A stretch of DNA of 64,000 bases from Desulfobacteraceae bacterium (GCA_011390345.1 JAABSP010000012.1:7846-71845); one strand, 5' to 3'. Shown: positions 16,078 to 25,354, numbered from the stretch's first letter. Numbers and translations: made by a program. Notes: generated by a model not told the origin, from the sequence alone.

Positions 16078-19000
16078 TCAGCAATCAGAGGGATCTCCGC
16101 CGTCCGGTCTCCAGCGGCCCGGGCGCTTATCGGCCTGGTCCGGGCTCAGAAAGACCTCCGCAAAACCGCCGGGGCCCACATCATTGAAGCCCTGGGCTCC
16201 CTGCATGGAGAGCTGGGAATAGACATCATGCTCCTCATCCCGGTTATGCTTGGCAAACGCCTCTTCCTCGGCAGCGCCGAAGGCTTCGGCAAATTCACCG
16301 GGCCGGTGACAGAAGCCCGGGTCTCCCTCCTCCCGCATAAAGAGCTGGTGGAAGAGATCGAACTCAGTGAAGCAGAAGGGCTCGATTTTGGAGACAAAAG
16401 GATCATCCCATCCAAGAGTTCCCTCGAGGTAATCCCAGGTGATGTTGCAGAGCCTTGCCTCGGGATCATAGGCCGGAGCAAGGCGGCATCCGATCTTCAG
16501 GGCCTCTTCCAGGGTGCAGCACTCGTAGAGCTGCTCGTTGCCGCAGGGACCTGCCATCAGAGCGCGGAAGACCTCCATCGGGCCGCCGGTATCGAGTACA
16601 TCGCCGGGGAAGGGGATTGCGCCGAGTTCCAGCCCCTGGAGGCCGCTGTAGCCGGGGCGGGCGATGGGCTCCAGCATCAGTTCCTGAGCCGGAGGTCCTT
16701 CATAGGGAGGTCTTGCCGGAGGACGATTGCCCACAAACAACGTAATAGTATCGGTGTCGGTCATGGGGCCGCCCTCGCCGGTATGGCCCAAATCATTGGT
16801 CGTCATCGTCAAATGGGCTTCTCCGCGGAAGGCCTCACCAGGATTGTACCGCACCTGGGCAAGGGCTTCGTTGATCTCCGGAACCGTTCCCTCGATCACT
16901 ACCTGTGCGGTCCCGTTCCCGGTCACCGTGACCGCCTCTGTATCATTCACCGTGACGCTGCTGTTATCTGCGGTCAGCGTAACCCGAATGTCATCATAGA
17001 CCACATTTCCGGCATCATTATAATGGTAGGCGTCCACATCCTTAACAGATATCCGGTTCCCATTGGCATCGCTAAAGACGACTGTCGCATCCTGCGGGGT
17101 GATGAGGGTATCCGGAAAATCAGCGGTACCGGAATAGAGGTTGATGGGCGCGTCATTGACCGGCGTCACCCGGATGATCCCGTCGCCGGTTTCGCTTGTG
17201 GAGCCGCGGTCATCGGTAATCTGTATCGTGTAGTTCCGATTTGCGGGATTGGGGTTCTCAGACGGATTGAAGAAGCGGACGCTTTCCACTGCAGATTCGT
17301 AATTGGCCACCGAATCCACCCCTGTAAAGTTGAGGATTCCGGCGCTCTCATCATAGGATACGGTGATCCCCGTACCGGCAATGGTCATTCCGTCCGTTAT
17401 GGGGCTGTCTCCGATCCGCAAATCGTCGTTCGGCTTGAGGTCCGTGAAATGGATGGAGAGAGAGGAAAGATTCTCGCTGTCCGGATCATTGATGGAAAAG
17501 TCGTCCTCCACAATGGAAATCGGTGCATCGCCCTCCCGGAATTCCACTTCGGCCGGGCCCGGCCGTTCCGGAGGCTGGTTGCGGTCAATATCAATGGTCA
17601 TCTGATAGTCCGACTCGCTCAGCTTCGGCTCAACGGCCTGCGGCGCATGGGCGGCGTCGTCCTGAACCTTGAATCGGAAGGTATCATAGTTATCCGCAAA
17701 GAAGATATCCTCACTCATGGTATAGACCAACTGGCCGTTCCGGATGGCATCGGTGGAAATCAGGGTATCTGCCGTCACCGTTTCACCGTTGAGGGTAAGC
17801 GTACCCTGATCCGGAAGATCGGTGATCTGAACAGCCTTGAAGTTGTCCCCTTCCATGTCATCGAATTCGAAATCGCCCATATTGAAGGTATAGGTCATAT
17901 CCTCAGTCACGCTCACCTCTCCGTCCGCACTGGTGGGAGGGTCGTTGACCGGCGTTACGATGATCGGCATCAGATAGGCGTCTGCGCTGTATTTGACTCC
18001 GTTATTGACCCGGAACTGAAAATCGGCATATTCGAACTCGTTTATAGGATGGTTTCCATCGCCGTAAGCATCCGCATTCGGTTTAAACTTCAGTTGACCA
18101 TTTTCAATCTGCTCCCGGGAGATTTTGTCAAAGAGATTGACATCCTCGCCGTTGAGCAGCAGGGTTCCGGCCGAAGCGGTCTTAGTGATCCAGAGTTCCT
18201 GGAGATCATTGCCATCGAAATCCTTATATTTGAAATCATCCAGCTTGAAGGTGTATTCGGTATCCTCCTCGATTGAGACCGGGTCCGCAGGCCCCTGAGG
18301 CCGCTGGTTCACCGGGGCCACATCGATGGTCATGGTGTAGTCCGAATGGCTGTATTCAGTGCCGTCATGGACTTCAAACCGAAAGCTCGAATAATCATCT
18401 CCATGCTCATATTCAACCGGAATAAAGACCAGATCACCGTCCATGATATCCTCTGCCGAGATCTCGGTTCCTTCGGTGACCGCGACGCCGTTCAGCAGCA
18501 GAGAAGCACCATCTTTAATGGACAGATCGGTGATCTGCACCTTGGCCATGCTGTCTGTGAGATCCACATCGTTGAAGATGAAATCCTGCAGTTGGAAACG
18601 ATATCCAGGATCGAAGGTCTCCGGATCGACCTCCAGTGCGGTGACGGTGTTGTCGATGGAGGTCGGGGCATCCTGCACCGGAGTCACATCCATGGTCATG
18701 GTGTTGCCGTTGAGGCTGTATGCGGTCCCGTCATGGACTTTAAAGCGGAAGGTCGCGTAATCATCGCCGTAGGCATCCTTGTTCGGAACAAAAACCAGAT
18801 CCCCCTCGTCGATGGCCGCGATGTCAATCTCCTGATTGAGGGCCACCTCCTGGCCATCGAGCAGCAGCTCCCCTGCGGTCTCGAGCTGTGTGATCCTGAT
18901 CTGGGTGAAGGTTCCACCGTCCGGATCACTGAAGCCGAAATCCTCCCGGGTAAAGATATGCTGTGTATCCTCAGCAATGACCACGGTCTCGTTAGTTCCC

Positions 19001-20673
19001 GAAGGGGGGATGTTGCCCACGGTCACATTGATATTCATATTGTATGCGGACTGGCTGTAGGCCGTGCCGTCGGAAACCTGGAATCCAAAATTGGCATATC
19101 CATTGCCGCTGGCATCGGAGGCCGGGGCAAAGAGCAGATTTCCGGCTTCGATCTGATCGACATCGATCTCCTGGTTGAGGGAAACGGCCTGGCCGTTGAG
19201 CAACAGATCTCCCGCTGCCTCCAGCCGGGTGATCTTCACGGTCTGAAAGGAATCCCCCTCATCCACATCGTTGAAGGAGAAGTCGGAGATCTTGAAAGTA
19301 TAATCGGTGTTCTGGCCTGTGGTTACGGTGTTGTCCGCAGAGGTGGGCGGATCATTGACCGGTGTGACATTCATCACCAGGGTATAAGCCGACTGGCTGA
19401 AGGACGTTCCGTCGCTGACCTTGAACCGGAAATTGGAATATGCCGCGCCGTTGGCGTCCGCATCCGGAACAAAGATGAATTCTCCGGCCTCGATCTGAGC
19501 CCGGGTGATCTGCTCGTTGACATTCACCTCACGGCCATTGAGCATCAGGGTACCGGCCGTCTCCAACTGGTTGATCTGAACAGACTGCAGGCTGTCTCCG
19601 GTATCCGGGTCGGTGAACCCGAAGTCGTCCACCTTGAAGGTGTAGGGGGTATCCTCCTGCAGGGTGACGGCCTGATCCGATGCCTTGGGCAGATCGTTGA
19701 CCGGATTGACATCCACCGTCATACGATAGGCATCGGCACTGAATTCCTTACCATCGGAAACCTTGAAGCCGAAGCCGGAATACCCCGCGCCGTTTGCATC
19801 CGTTGCCGGAACAAAGATCAGCCGCCGGGCCACGATATCCTCCACCGCAATCACATCGCCGGCCCCGACGGCCTCTCCGTTGAACTGCAGCGTACCCGCA
19901 GGATCGATATCGGTAATTTGGACCGCCTGCAGCGTATCGCCGCTGTTTACATCCACATCATTGAAGAGAAAATCGTTCCGCTCAAAGACGTAGCTGGTAT
20001 CCTCGTCAGTCACTACGGTATTGTCCAGCGCTGTGGGGGCATCCTGGACCGGCGTCACATCGATGACCATGTTTGCAGCCGTAACGCTGTATGCCGTGCC
20101 ATCATGCACCTTGAACCGAAAGTCGGAATAAGGGCTTCCATTTGCATTTTGATTGGGCACGAAGGTGAGATTCCCGGCCTGGATATCCGTGGCCGAAATC
20201 TCATCATAGAGCCCTACCTCCTGCCCGTTGAGCAGAAGGGAACCGGCCGACTCCAGCTTGGTGATCTGGATCTTGAGGAGAGGGTCGCCTTCCGGATCGG
20301 TGTAGGCACTCTCGAAATCGGCAAGGCTGAATGTATGAGTCCCATCCTCGCTCATTGTAACCGTTCCATCCCCAGTACTCGGAGCCGCTCTCATCACCGG
20401 GCCGTCCGCAGCCTCGGGCCCATCCGCAGGGAGGTCGCCATCTGCCGAAACCCCGTCAGAGATCTGGGTGTCCGGATCGCTCAGCAGTGCGGCCGCACCG
20501 GCCGCGGCATCTGCGGAAAATGAAATGTGCTCCGCGCCTGCCATGTTATCCGGGACCGCAGACCCGTCCGGAACCTGTGCGTCATCATGATCATCGACCG
20601 CATGATCGATCACATGTGCCACAGCAGCTCCGTCGAGGACGATCCTGCGTTCCAGTTTCATCAGGTTCAACAT
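16078..20673 (-). CDS. 1531-aa acidic secreted repeat protein (cadherin-like/Ig-like tandem repeats; N-terminal LEPR-XLL-like motif; Cys-rich C-terminal domain)
   Basis: A strong RBS, AAGGGAGGTGA, precedes the ATG. The N-terminus is MLNLMKLERRIVLDGAAV. Eight repeats of about 113-122 aa are each closed by a V(T/N)PV(N/Q)DxP junction. Each carries the pattern xEDTxYTFxxxDFxFxDxDxGDxLxxVQITxLxxxGxLxLNG...F.P..N..G...F.FKV.DG. Two divergent modules and a 155-aa tail with 8 Cys follow. Confidence 0.9.
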   Translation of the reverse strand: MLNLMKLERRIVLDGAAVAHVIDHAVDDHDDAQVPDGSAVPDNMAGAEHISFSADAAAGAAALLSDPDTQISDGVSADGDLPADGPEAADGPVMRAAPSTGDGTVTMSEDGTHTFSLADFESAYTDPEGDPLLKIQITKLESAGSLLLNGQEVGLYDEISATDIQAGNLTFVPNQNANGSPYSDFRFKVHDGTAYSVTAANMVIDVTPVQDAPTALDNTVVTDEDTSYVFERNDFLFNDVDVNSGDTLQAVQITDIDPAGTLQFNGEAVGAGDVIAVEDIVARRLIFVPATDANGAGYSGFGFKVSDGKEFSADAYRMTVDVNPVNDLPKASDQAVTLQEDTPYTFKVDDFGFTDPDTGDSLQSVQINQLETAGTLMLNGREVNVNEQITRAQIEAGEFIFVPDADANGAAYSNFRFKVSDGTSFSQSAYTLVMNVTPVNDPPTSADNTVTTGQNTDYTFKISDFSFNDVDEGDSFQTVKITRLEAAGDLLLNGQAVSLNQEIDVDQIEAGNLLFAPASDASGNGYANFGFQVSDGTAYSQSAYNMNINVTVGNIPPSGTNETVVIAEDTQHIFTREDFGFSDPDGGTFTQIRITQLETAGELLLDGQEVALNQEIDIAAIDEGDLVFVPNKDAYGDDYATFRFKVHDGTAYSLNGNTMTMDVTPVQDAPTSIDNTVTALEVDPETFDPGYRFQLQDFIFNDVDLTDSMAKVQITDLSIKDGASLLLNGVAVTEGTEISAEDIMDGDLVFIPVEYEHGDDYSSFRFEVHDGTEYSHSDYTMTIDVAPVNQRPQGPADPVSIEEDTEYTFKLDDFKYKDFDGNDLQELWITKTASAGTLLLNGEDVNLFDKISREQIENGQLKFKPNADAYGDGNHPINEFEYADFQFRVNNGVKYSADAYLMPIIVTPVNDPPTSADGEVSVTEDMTYTFNMGDFEFDDMEGDNFKAVQITDLPDQGTLTLNGETVTADTLISTDAIRNGQLVYTMSEDIFFADNYDTFRFKVQDDAAHAPQAVEPKLSESDYQMTIDIDRNQPPERPGPAEVEFREGDAPISIVEDDFSINDPDSENLSSLSIHFTDLKPNDDLRIGDSPITDGMTIAGTGITVSYDESAGILNFTGVDSVANYESAVESVRFFNPSENPNPANRNYTIQITDDRGSTSETGDGIIRVTPVNDAPINLYSGTADFPDTLITPQDATVVFSDANGNRISVKDVDAYHYNDAGNVVYDDIRVTLTADNSSVTVNDTEAVTVTGNGTAQVVIEGTVPEINEALAQVRYNPGEAFRGEAHLTMTTNDLGHTGEGGPMTDTDTITLFVGNRPPARPPYEGPPAQELMLEPIARPGYSGLQGLELGAIPFPGDVLDTGGPMEVFRALMAGPCGNEQLYECCTLEEALKIGCRLAPAYDPEARLCNITWDYLEGTLGWDDPFVSKIEPFCFTEFDLFHQLFMREEGDPGFCHRPGEFAEAFGAAEEEAFAKHNRDEEHDVYSQLSMQGAQGFNDVGPGGFAEVFLSPDQADKRPGRWRPDGGDPSDC
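17575..20373 (-). repeat. eight in-frame tandem coding repeats (~340-366 nt each) inside the giant gene
   Basis: The protein junction motifs fall at about aa 211, 327, 441, 556, 669, 791, 911 and 1033, counted by hand from the track translation. Confidence 0.8.
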
Positions 20674-20755
20674 ATGTCACCTCCCTTTATCGGTGTTTCG
20701 ATAATATGGATGTTCTTTGTTTCGTTCAAACAGATACTGTTTTTTTGTGCAACGA

Positions 20756-22831
20756 TTACCAGTGATTACTCGTCGGCGGGATCACCCAGTACTCCATCCC
20801 GTTTTGTTTCAGATTCTGGGCAAGCTGCTTGGCTTCGGGCTCAGTCAATCCCATCAACCGCACCCGGTTGTAGAGCTTTCCGTTGAGGTTTTTGGTGCTG
20901 ACCCGGGCATCCCGGTTATCTGCCAGCCGCAGTTCCAGATCCTTGATCTGGTCGATCCGCTTGGCCGGCCCTCCGGCCTTGGTGAAAGAGCCCATCTGCA
21001 CCTTCCAGAGAAAACGGTCAGATGCTGCGTTGGACCAACCCCTGGAGGCCGAATAGTCATCTTCGTAGGTTGAAGTATCTGACCAGGGATCGACCGCTCC
21101 GCCGGTTCCGCCCGCTACTCCCCCTGTTCCACCCACCCCTCCGCCGGCAGGGGGTACTGTCCCGGCTCCGGCATCGGTGAAGCCCGCATCTTCGGCCGGA
21201 TATCCGCTTCCGCTGCCATAGGGAGAAGCGCCGCCCAGATCCATGGTGTCGATCTCCGAACCCGAACCGGCTGCGTAATTATCCGCGGCCATATTTGCCA
21301 GCTCTCCGGAGGCGAGGTCATACCCGACGCCTGAAACATCGCCGCTGCCCAGCAGAATGCTCGTGTCGCAGTCCTGGGGAAACATGCCGATGCTGACACA
21401 GAGACGTTTGTGCGCCACCATCATATCGACAACAGCCTCGTCCCTTCTCAGCTTTGCCGCCATCTCCTCCAGATAGCGCTGGGTGACGGCCAGCTCCGGC
21501 AGGCGGCCGGCACTGTTTTTGGCCTTGGCCATATCCAGAAGATTCTCGGCAAGCTGAAAGGTCTCTTCCAGCAGCCGGAACCGGTCCACCTTGATGGCAT
21601 AATCGAGAAGCGAGATATGCACCTGGGTGATGACGCCGACGGTCATCATCAGCCGCTCCACCTCTGCCATATTGACAGTCTTTTTCGTTCCCTGCAGCCT
21701 GGCAATGTTCGAGGGAAGGTCGAGAAGATTCCAGCTCACCCCCGCACCGACGCTGTTCCAGGTGTTGGCATAGAGGAGCCGGTTGTCATCATAATGGGAG
21801 GCCGCAAAGAAGTTGAGTCCCGGAAAGAGGTTCAAAATGGCCGCCTTGGTCTCCTCTTTCTGGATCAGGACCTGGATGTCACGCTGATAGAGTTCGGGGC
21901 GATGCACCAGGGCATACTCCTCCAGAGAGTCGATATCCAGTTCCTTGGTATGGGGAAGCGCCGCGACAATGGGCTTGATGGGCGGTCTGGCCAGGGTGTA
22001 CTGGACGTTCTGATTGAAGCCCATGAGCTGGGAGAGTTCCAGACGGGCCGAGGAGAGATTGGCCTGGAGTTGCCGGACCGTCAGTTCCAGCTCCTTGAGC
22101 CGGAGTTCGGCCTCGGCCGCATCCATCCGGTCCAGATCTCCAGAGGCCACCGCGCTGTCGATCCGACCTTTGACGATCTTCAGCCGTTTCTCCACCGAAT
22201 GGACATAGTCGAGGGCATCTTCCAGAGCTGCGGCCTGCCAGTAGGCCCCCACGATATCCAGAGCCAACTGCTGGGCCTGCCGGACCCGCTTCTGCTCCAG
22301 AAACTGCTCCCGCATCTCCGAGGCGCCGGAGCGGACATACGCGAGCGCTGTGTCCAGCACGTTCCAAGTGAGGGTCAGGTTGGCCCGGAAGGAATCCTTC
22401 AGCTCCGAAACCGTATAATCCTTCTGATCCTGGTCCAGCCGCCAGTTGTAGACATCGCTCTTCCGGAGCTTGTCCCGATACTCGAACCTGGCATCCGCGA
22501 CCAGACCGGGCAGCATCTGAAGCCGTTTGGCCAGGGTCTCCTTGTCCGCGATCTCCTCATCGAGCTTGGCAATGCGGACTTCCAGGTTATTGCGCAGTCC
22601 GATGCTGATGACATCCTCCAAGGTCAGGGGCTGCTCGAAATTGATATCCATCGGGGGCTTGAGCAGCTCCAGATCGGTCTTAGCCTGCTGCTCCCGTTGA
22701 TCCGCCATTTCGGCATCATTGAGAATCTTGGTGCATCCACCGATAAAAAGGAATATGAATGCGACCCAGAAAAACTTCGTCAATGCTGACCATGACGTGC
22801 TCCTGCCGGAACCCTTTCTCATCTCTAACAT
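20756..22831 (-). CDS. TolC/NodT-type outer-membrane factor lipoprotein fused to a C-terminal SPOR domain
   Basis: The lipobox is FLFIGGC. A two-repeat OEP/TolC-like coiled-coil body occupies about aa 60-500. A Gly-rich linker follows (GGGVGGTGGVAGGTGG). The SPOR-like end is FLWKVQMGSFTKAGGPAKRIDQIKDL...YNRVRLMGLTEPEAKQLAQNLKQNGMEYWV. Confidence 0.85.
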   Translation of the reverse strand: MLEMRKGSGRSTSWSALTKFFWVAFIFLFIGGCTKILNDAEMADQREQQAKTDLELLKPPMDINFEQPLTLEDVISIGLRNNLEVRIAKLDEEIADKETLAKRLQMLPGLVADARFEYRDKLRKSDVYNWRLDQDQKDYTVSELKDSFRANLTLTWNVLDTALAYVRSGASEMREQFLEQKRVRQAQQLALDIVGAYWQAAALEDALDYVHSVEKRLKIVKGRIDSAVASGDLDRMDAAEAELRLKELELTVRQLQANLSSARLELSQLMGFNQNVQYTLARPPIKPIVAALPHTKELDIDSLEEYALVHRPELYQRDIQVLIQKEETKAAILNLFPGLNFFAASHYDDNRLLYANTWNSVGAGVSWNLLDLPSNIARLQGTKKTVNMAEVERLMMTVGVITQVHISLLDYAIKVDRFRLLEETFQLAENLLDMAKAKNSAGRLPELAVTQRYLEEMAAKLRRDEAVVDMMVAHKRLCVSIGMFPQDCDTSILLGSGDVSGVGYDLASGELANMAADNYAAGSGSEIDTMDLGGASPYGSGSGYPAEDAGFTDAGAGTVPPAGGGVGGTGGVAGGTGGAVDPWSDTSTYEDDYSASRGWSNAASDRFLWKVQMGSFTKAGGPAKRIDQIKDLELRLADNRDARVSTKNLNGKLYNRVRLMGLTEPEAKQLAQNLKQNGMEYWVIPPTSNHW

Positions 22832-22953
22832 AAGTTCACTCCGTTTTTTACTGGCTTGCTGCCACTAAGGTTTGGGAACCGAAGACCGACGACACTTGAC
22901 CTTATATTATTTTCTTAATTCAAAAGTCTTTGGCTTGTCAAGATATTTCAGCA

Positions 22954-24534
22954 CTAATAAATTCCCCAAGAACCCTTCAAATAGTATCTGTACAACACCG
23001 GACGGCTTCTGGAATTGGTCTCAATCCCTGCCATCCTCTCCTCTTCGAGTACGCCCCTTCCAAAATGGAGCATGGAGACAACCGCATCGGTGTTGAGAAA
23101 ACGAGTATCAATGCCATCAAAATCGATGGCCAGCATCAATGATTTCAATCGAGCTTCATCCATTTCCGTCTCAGGAACCCCCAATGCCCACCCCCATTCT
23201 CCAAGGGTGGGAATGGAATTGTGATAGGGGAGGACAGAAAAACCAGCGGCCCGCACCGTTTTGACGATGCACTGAAAGGCCATCCGGGCAAAATAGGGGC
23301 TTGCGGCCTGGGTGACGAAGACCCCGCCGCGGATAAGACGGCTCTTTGCATTGCCGTAGAAATCAACCGAATAGACATGCATCAGATCCACACTGTCCGG
23401 GTCCGGCAGATCCGCAATGATGACGCCGTAGTGGGAATCATCCTTCTGCAAAAATCCGGCCGCATCCATATTGATTATGGTTACCCGGTCGTCGAGCATG
23501 GAATATCGGTTGACCGAAAGCAGCATGGGATGGGTCTGCCCCAACTGGGTCATCTCCGGGTCGAGATCCACCAGCGTCACGGATTGCACATCCTTATACT
23601 TGAGGACCTCCCGAAGCGCGAGACCGTCTCCGCCGCCCAGGATCAGCACCCGGCTCCGGTCTGGCGTGAGCATCATGGCCGGATGAACCAGGGGCTCGTG
23701 ATACCGCTCCTCGTCAACGGTGGAGAACTGCTCCTGACCGTTGAGATAGAGCCAGTAGTCGTTCTTCCAACGGGTCATGACAATCTTCTGGTAGGGCGTC
23801 TGCGCGGAGAAGATCACTTTGTCCGCATACCGGCGCTGCTCCGCGTAGGTGATCACCGGATTGGCAAAGAAACCGAGCATCAGCAGAAGACAGAAGACCC
23901 CGGCAAATGCGCTCACCAGAAGCCGTTTCCGCTCTAAAAGATCATAGAATCGCCAGAGGATCAGCCCGGCCACCAGAAAGTTGATGCTCCCCAGAACGAT
24001 AGGCGTATAGGTCAGGCCGAGATAGGGCAGCGCAAAAAAGGCGAAGATAATCCCGCCAAAGAGCGCGCCGTAATAATCCTTCTCCATCACCCCCGAGATG
24101 TTGATCCGAAGCTCCTCATATGCGTCGTTCATCCGGGTGACCAGAGGGATCTCCAGGCCGATGAGGCTTCCGATGACCATTGCCTGCACATAGATGATCC
24201 ACTGGAAGCATTCGAAAAATCCAGCCAGGCTGTAGGCGAGGATTGCACTGAGCGCACAGAGCACCGACAGGGTGAACTCGGTCATCACGAATGCATCCAG
24301 CAGGTTTTTGCGGAAAAAGCGGCTCAACCGGCTGCCGACGCCCATTGCAAACAGCATCAGCGACATCATCACGGTCCACTGAAAGATGGCGTTCCCCAAC
24401 AGATATGTGGCCAGGGTAGAGAGAACGAACTCGGCCACGATTCCGGCACAGCCGGTGGCAAAGAGCGCGGCCTTTAAAATCAGGCCGAAAGAGCGGTCTT
24501 CAGACACACCAGTAGACGACAAATCCGGCCGCAA
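22954..24534 (-). CDS. speE: polyamine aminopropyltransferase (spermidine synthase-like) with N-terminal multi-TM domain
   Basis: About 200 aa of TM helices are followed by the PABS/SAM fold (RVLILGGGDGLALREVLKY...VTLVDLDPEM...DLPDP). The start may instead be the GTG at 24507. Confidence 0.85.
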   Translation of the reverse strand: MRPDLSSTGVSEDRSFGLILKAALFATGCAGIVAEFVLSTLATYLLGNAIFQWTVMMSLMLFAMGVGSRLSRFFRKNLLDAFVMTEFTLSVLCALSAILAYSLAGFFECFQWIIYVQAMVIGSLIGLEIPLVTRMNDAYEELRINISGVMEKDYYGALFGGIIFAFFALPYLGLTYTPIVLGSINFLVAGLILWRFYDLLERKRLLVSAFAGVFCLLLMLGFFANPVITYAEQRRYADKVIFSAQTPYQKIVMTRWKNDYWLYLNGQEQFSTVDEERYHEPLVHPAMMLTPDRSRVLILGGGDGLALREVLKYKDVQSVTLVDLDPEMTQLGQTHPMLLSVNRYSMLDDRVTIINMDAAGFLQKDDSHYGVIIADLPDPDSVDLMHVYSVDFYGNAKSRLIRGGVFVTQAASPYFARMAFQCIVKTVRAAGFSVLPYHNSIPTLGEWGWALGVPETEMDEARLKSLMLAIDFDGIDTRFLNTDAVVSMLHFGRGVLEEERMAGIETNSRSRPVLYRYYLKGSWGIY

Positions 24535-25354
24535 TGTAGGAAAAGGCTTCGATAAAGGCCGCGCCGATGTTGGGCTTCTCCTGGCCGTGTGCGATGATCT
24601 CGTGGGTCAGCTTCACCGAGGGCAGAAGGATCTTGTCGGTGAGAAACCGGATGGCCGGCAGCAGCAGGATGCCCAGCACCGCCACAAAGGCATAATTGGG
24701 CAGATCCGTATCCCAGGCATGAAAGTCCCGCTCGGCCGCAAGCCCCACCACGATACCGATGCCGATGAGCGCGCCGCCGAAGCTCACCCCGGCCGCGACA
24801 TTGTCCTTTTCGATCTCGTCATGGACATCAAAGGGGAGCACTTTGGCATAGACCGCACCGGCGATCATCAGGATCAACTGGCCCAGCCCCCAGAAGGCGA
24901 TCGCGGTCCAGATGCTCCCCCCCTCGCCCGATACCGAGCCGAAGATGATCAGCCCTGTGGCCACGCTCATTCCCAACGAAACCGCGCCGGTACCGCAGTT
25001 CTGATCCCGGATCAGTTCATCGCTGATCTTGAATCGGGGCAGCATCACCTTGTCGCAGAGGATCCAGGAGACATTGAGAAGAAGGATGCCCAGTAGACCG
25101 TAGATTCCGATATCGATGAGATCGATGATGATCCCGTGGCTCGGCCCTACGATCGCGCCGCCGATAGAGAATACCAAGCCGAAATAGTAGCCCATCAGCG
25201 CCACCGCGACGGCCGGGTTGTCCTTCTCTACCAGTTCATGGGTCAGGTTGTAATCCCGATGGATCAGGCCGTAGATCAGCTTCCCCAGAAAGAAGAGAAC
25301 ATAAAAAATGACGATATAGATGAGCGCAGTGACGAGTCTGTCGAGAATCTCCAT
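24500..25354 (-). CDS. DUF350 repeat integral membrane protein (YjfL-like)
   Basis: Several repeats of the DUF350 pattern are present (N.A.A....G...G....I). The protein is all-helical and membrane-embedded. The gene abuts its neighbours on both sides. Confidence 0.7.
   Translation of the reverse strand: MEILDRLVTALIYIVIFYVLFFLGKLIYGLIHRDYNLTHELVEKDNPAVAVALMGYYFGLVFSIGGAIVGPSHGIIIDLIDIGIYGLLGILLLNVSWILCDKVMLPRFKISDELIRDQNCGTGAVSLGMSVATGLIIFGSVSGEGGSIWTAIAFWGLGQLILMIAGAVYAKVLPFDVHDEIEKDNVAAGVSFGGALIGIGIVVGLAAERDFHAWDTDLPNYAFVAVLGILLLPAIRFLTDKILLPSVKLTHEIIAHGQEKPNIGAAFIEAFSYIAAGFVVYWCV

Noticed and set aside
16228-20523. Two very long plus-strand ORFs (682 aa and 725 aa) antisense to the giant repeat gene
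   Set aside because: Their translations are low-complexity Gly/Arg/Ile/Asp strings with no motifs. They exactly shadow the minus-strand gene, which has a strong RBS, coherent repeats and recognisable domain junctions. Long stop-free antisense frames are expected in GC3-biased repetitive DNA.
22832-22953. Possible sigma54 (-24/-12) element GTGGCAGCAAGCCAGT and a TTGACA box upstream of the TolC-SPOR gene
   Set aside because: The -12 part does not match TTGC(A/T). The TTGACA has no acceptable -10 at 16-19 nt. The evidence is not strong enough to annotate.
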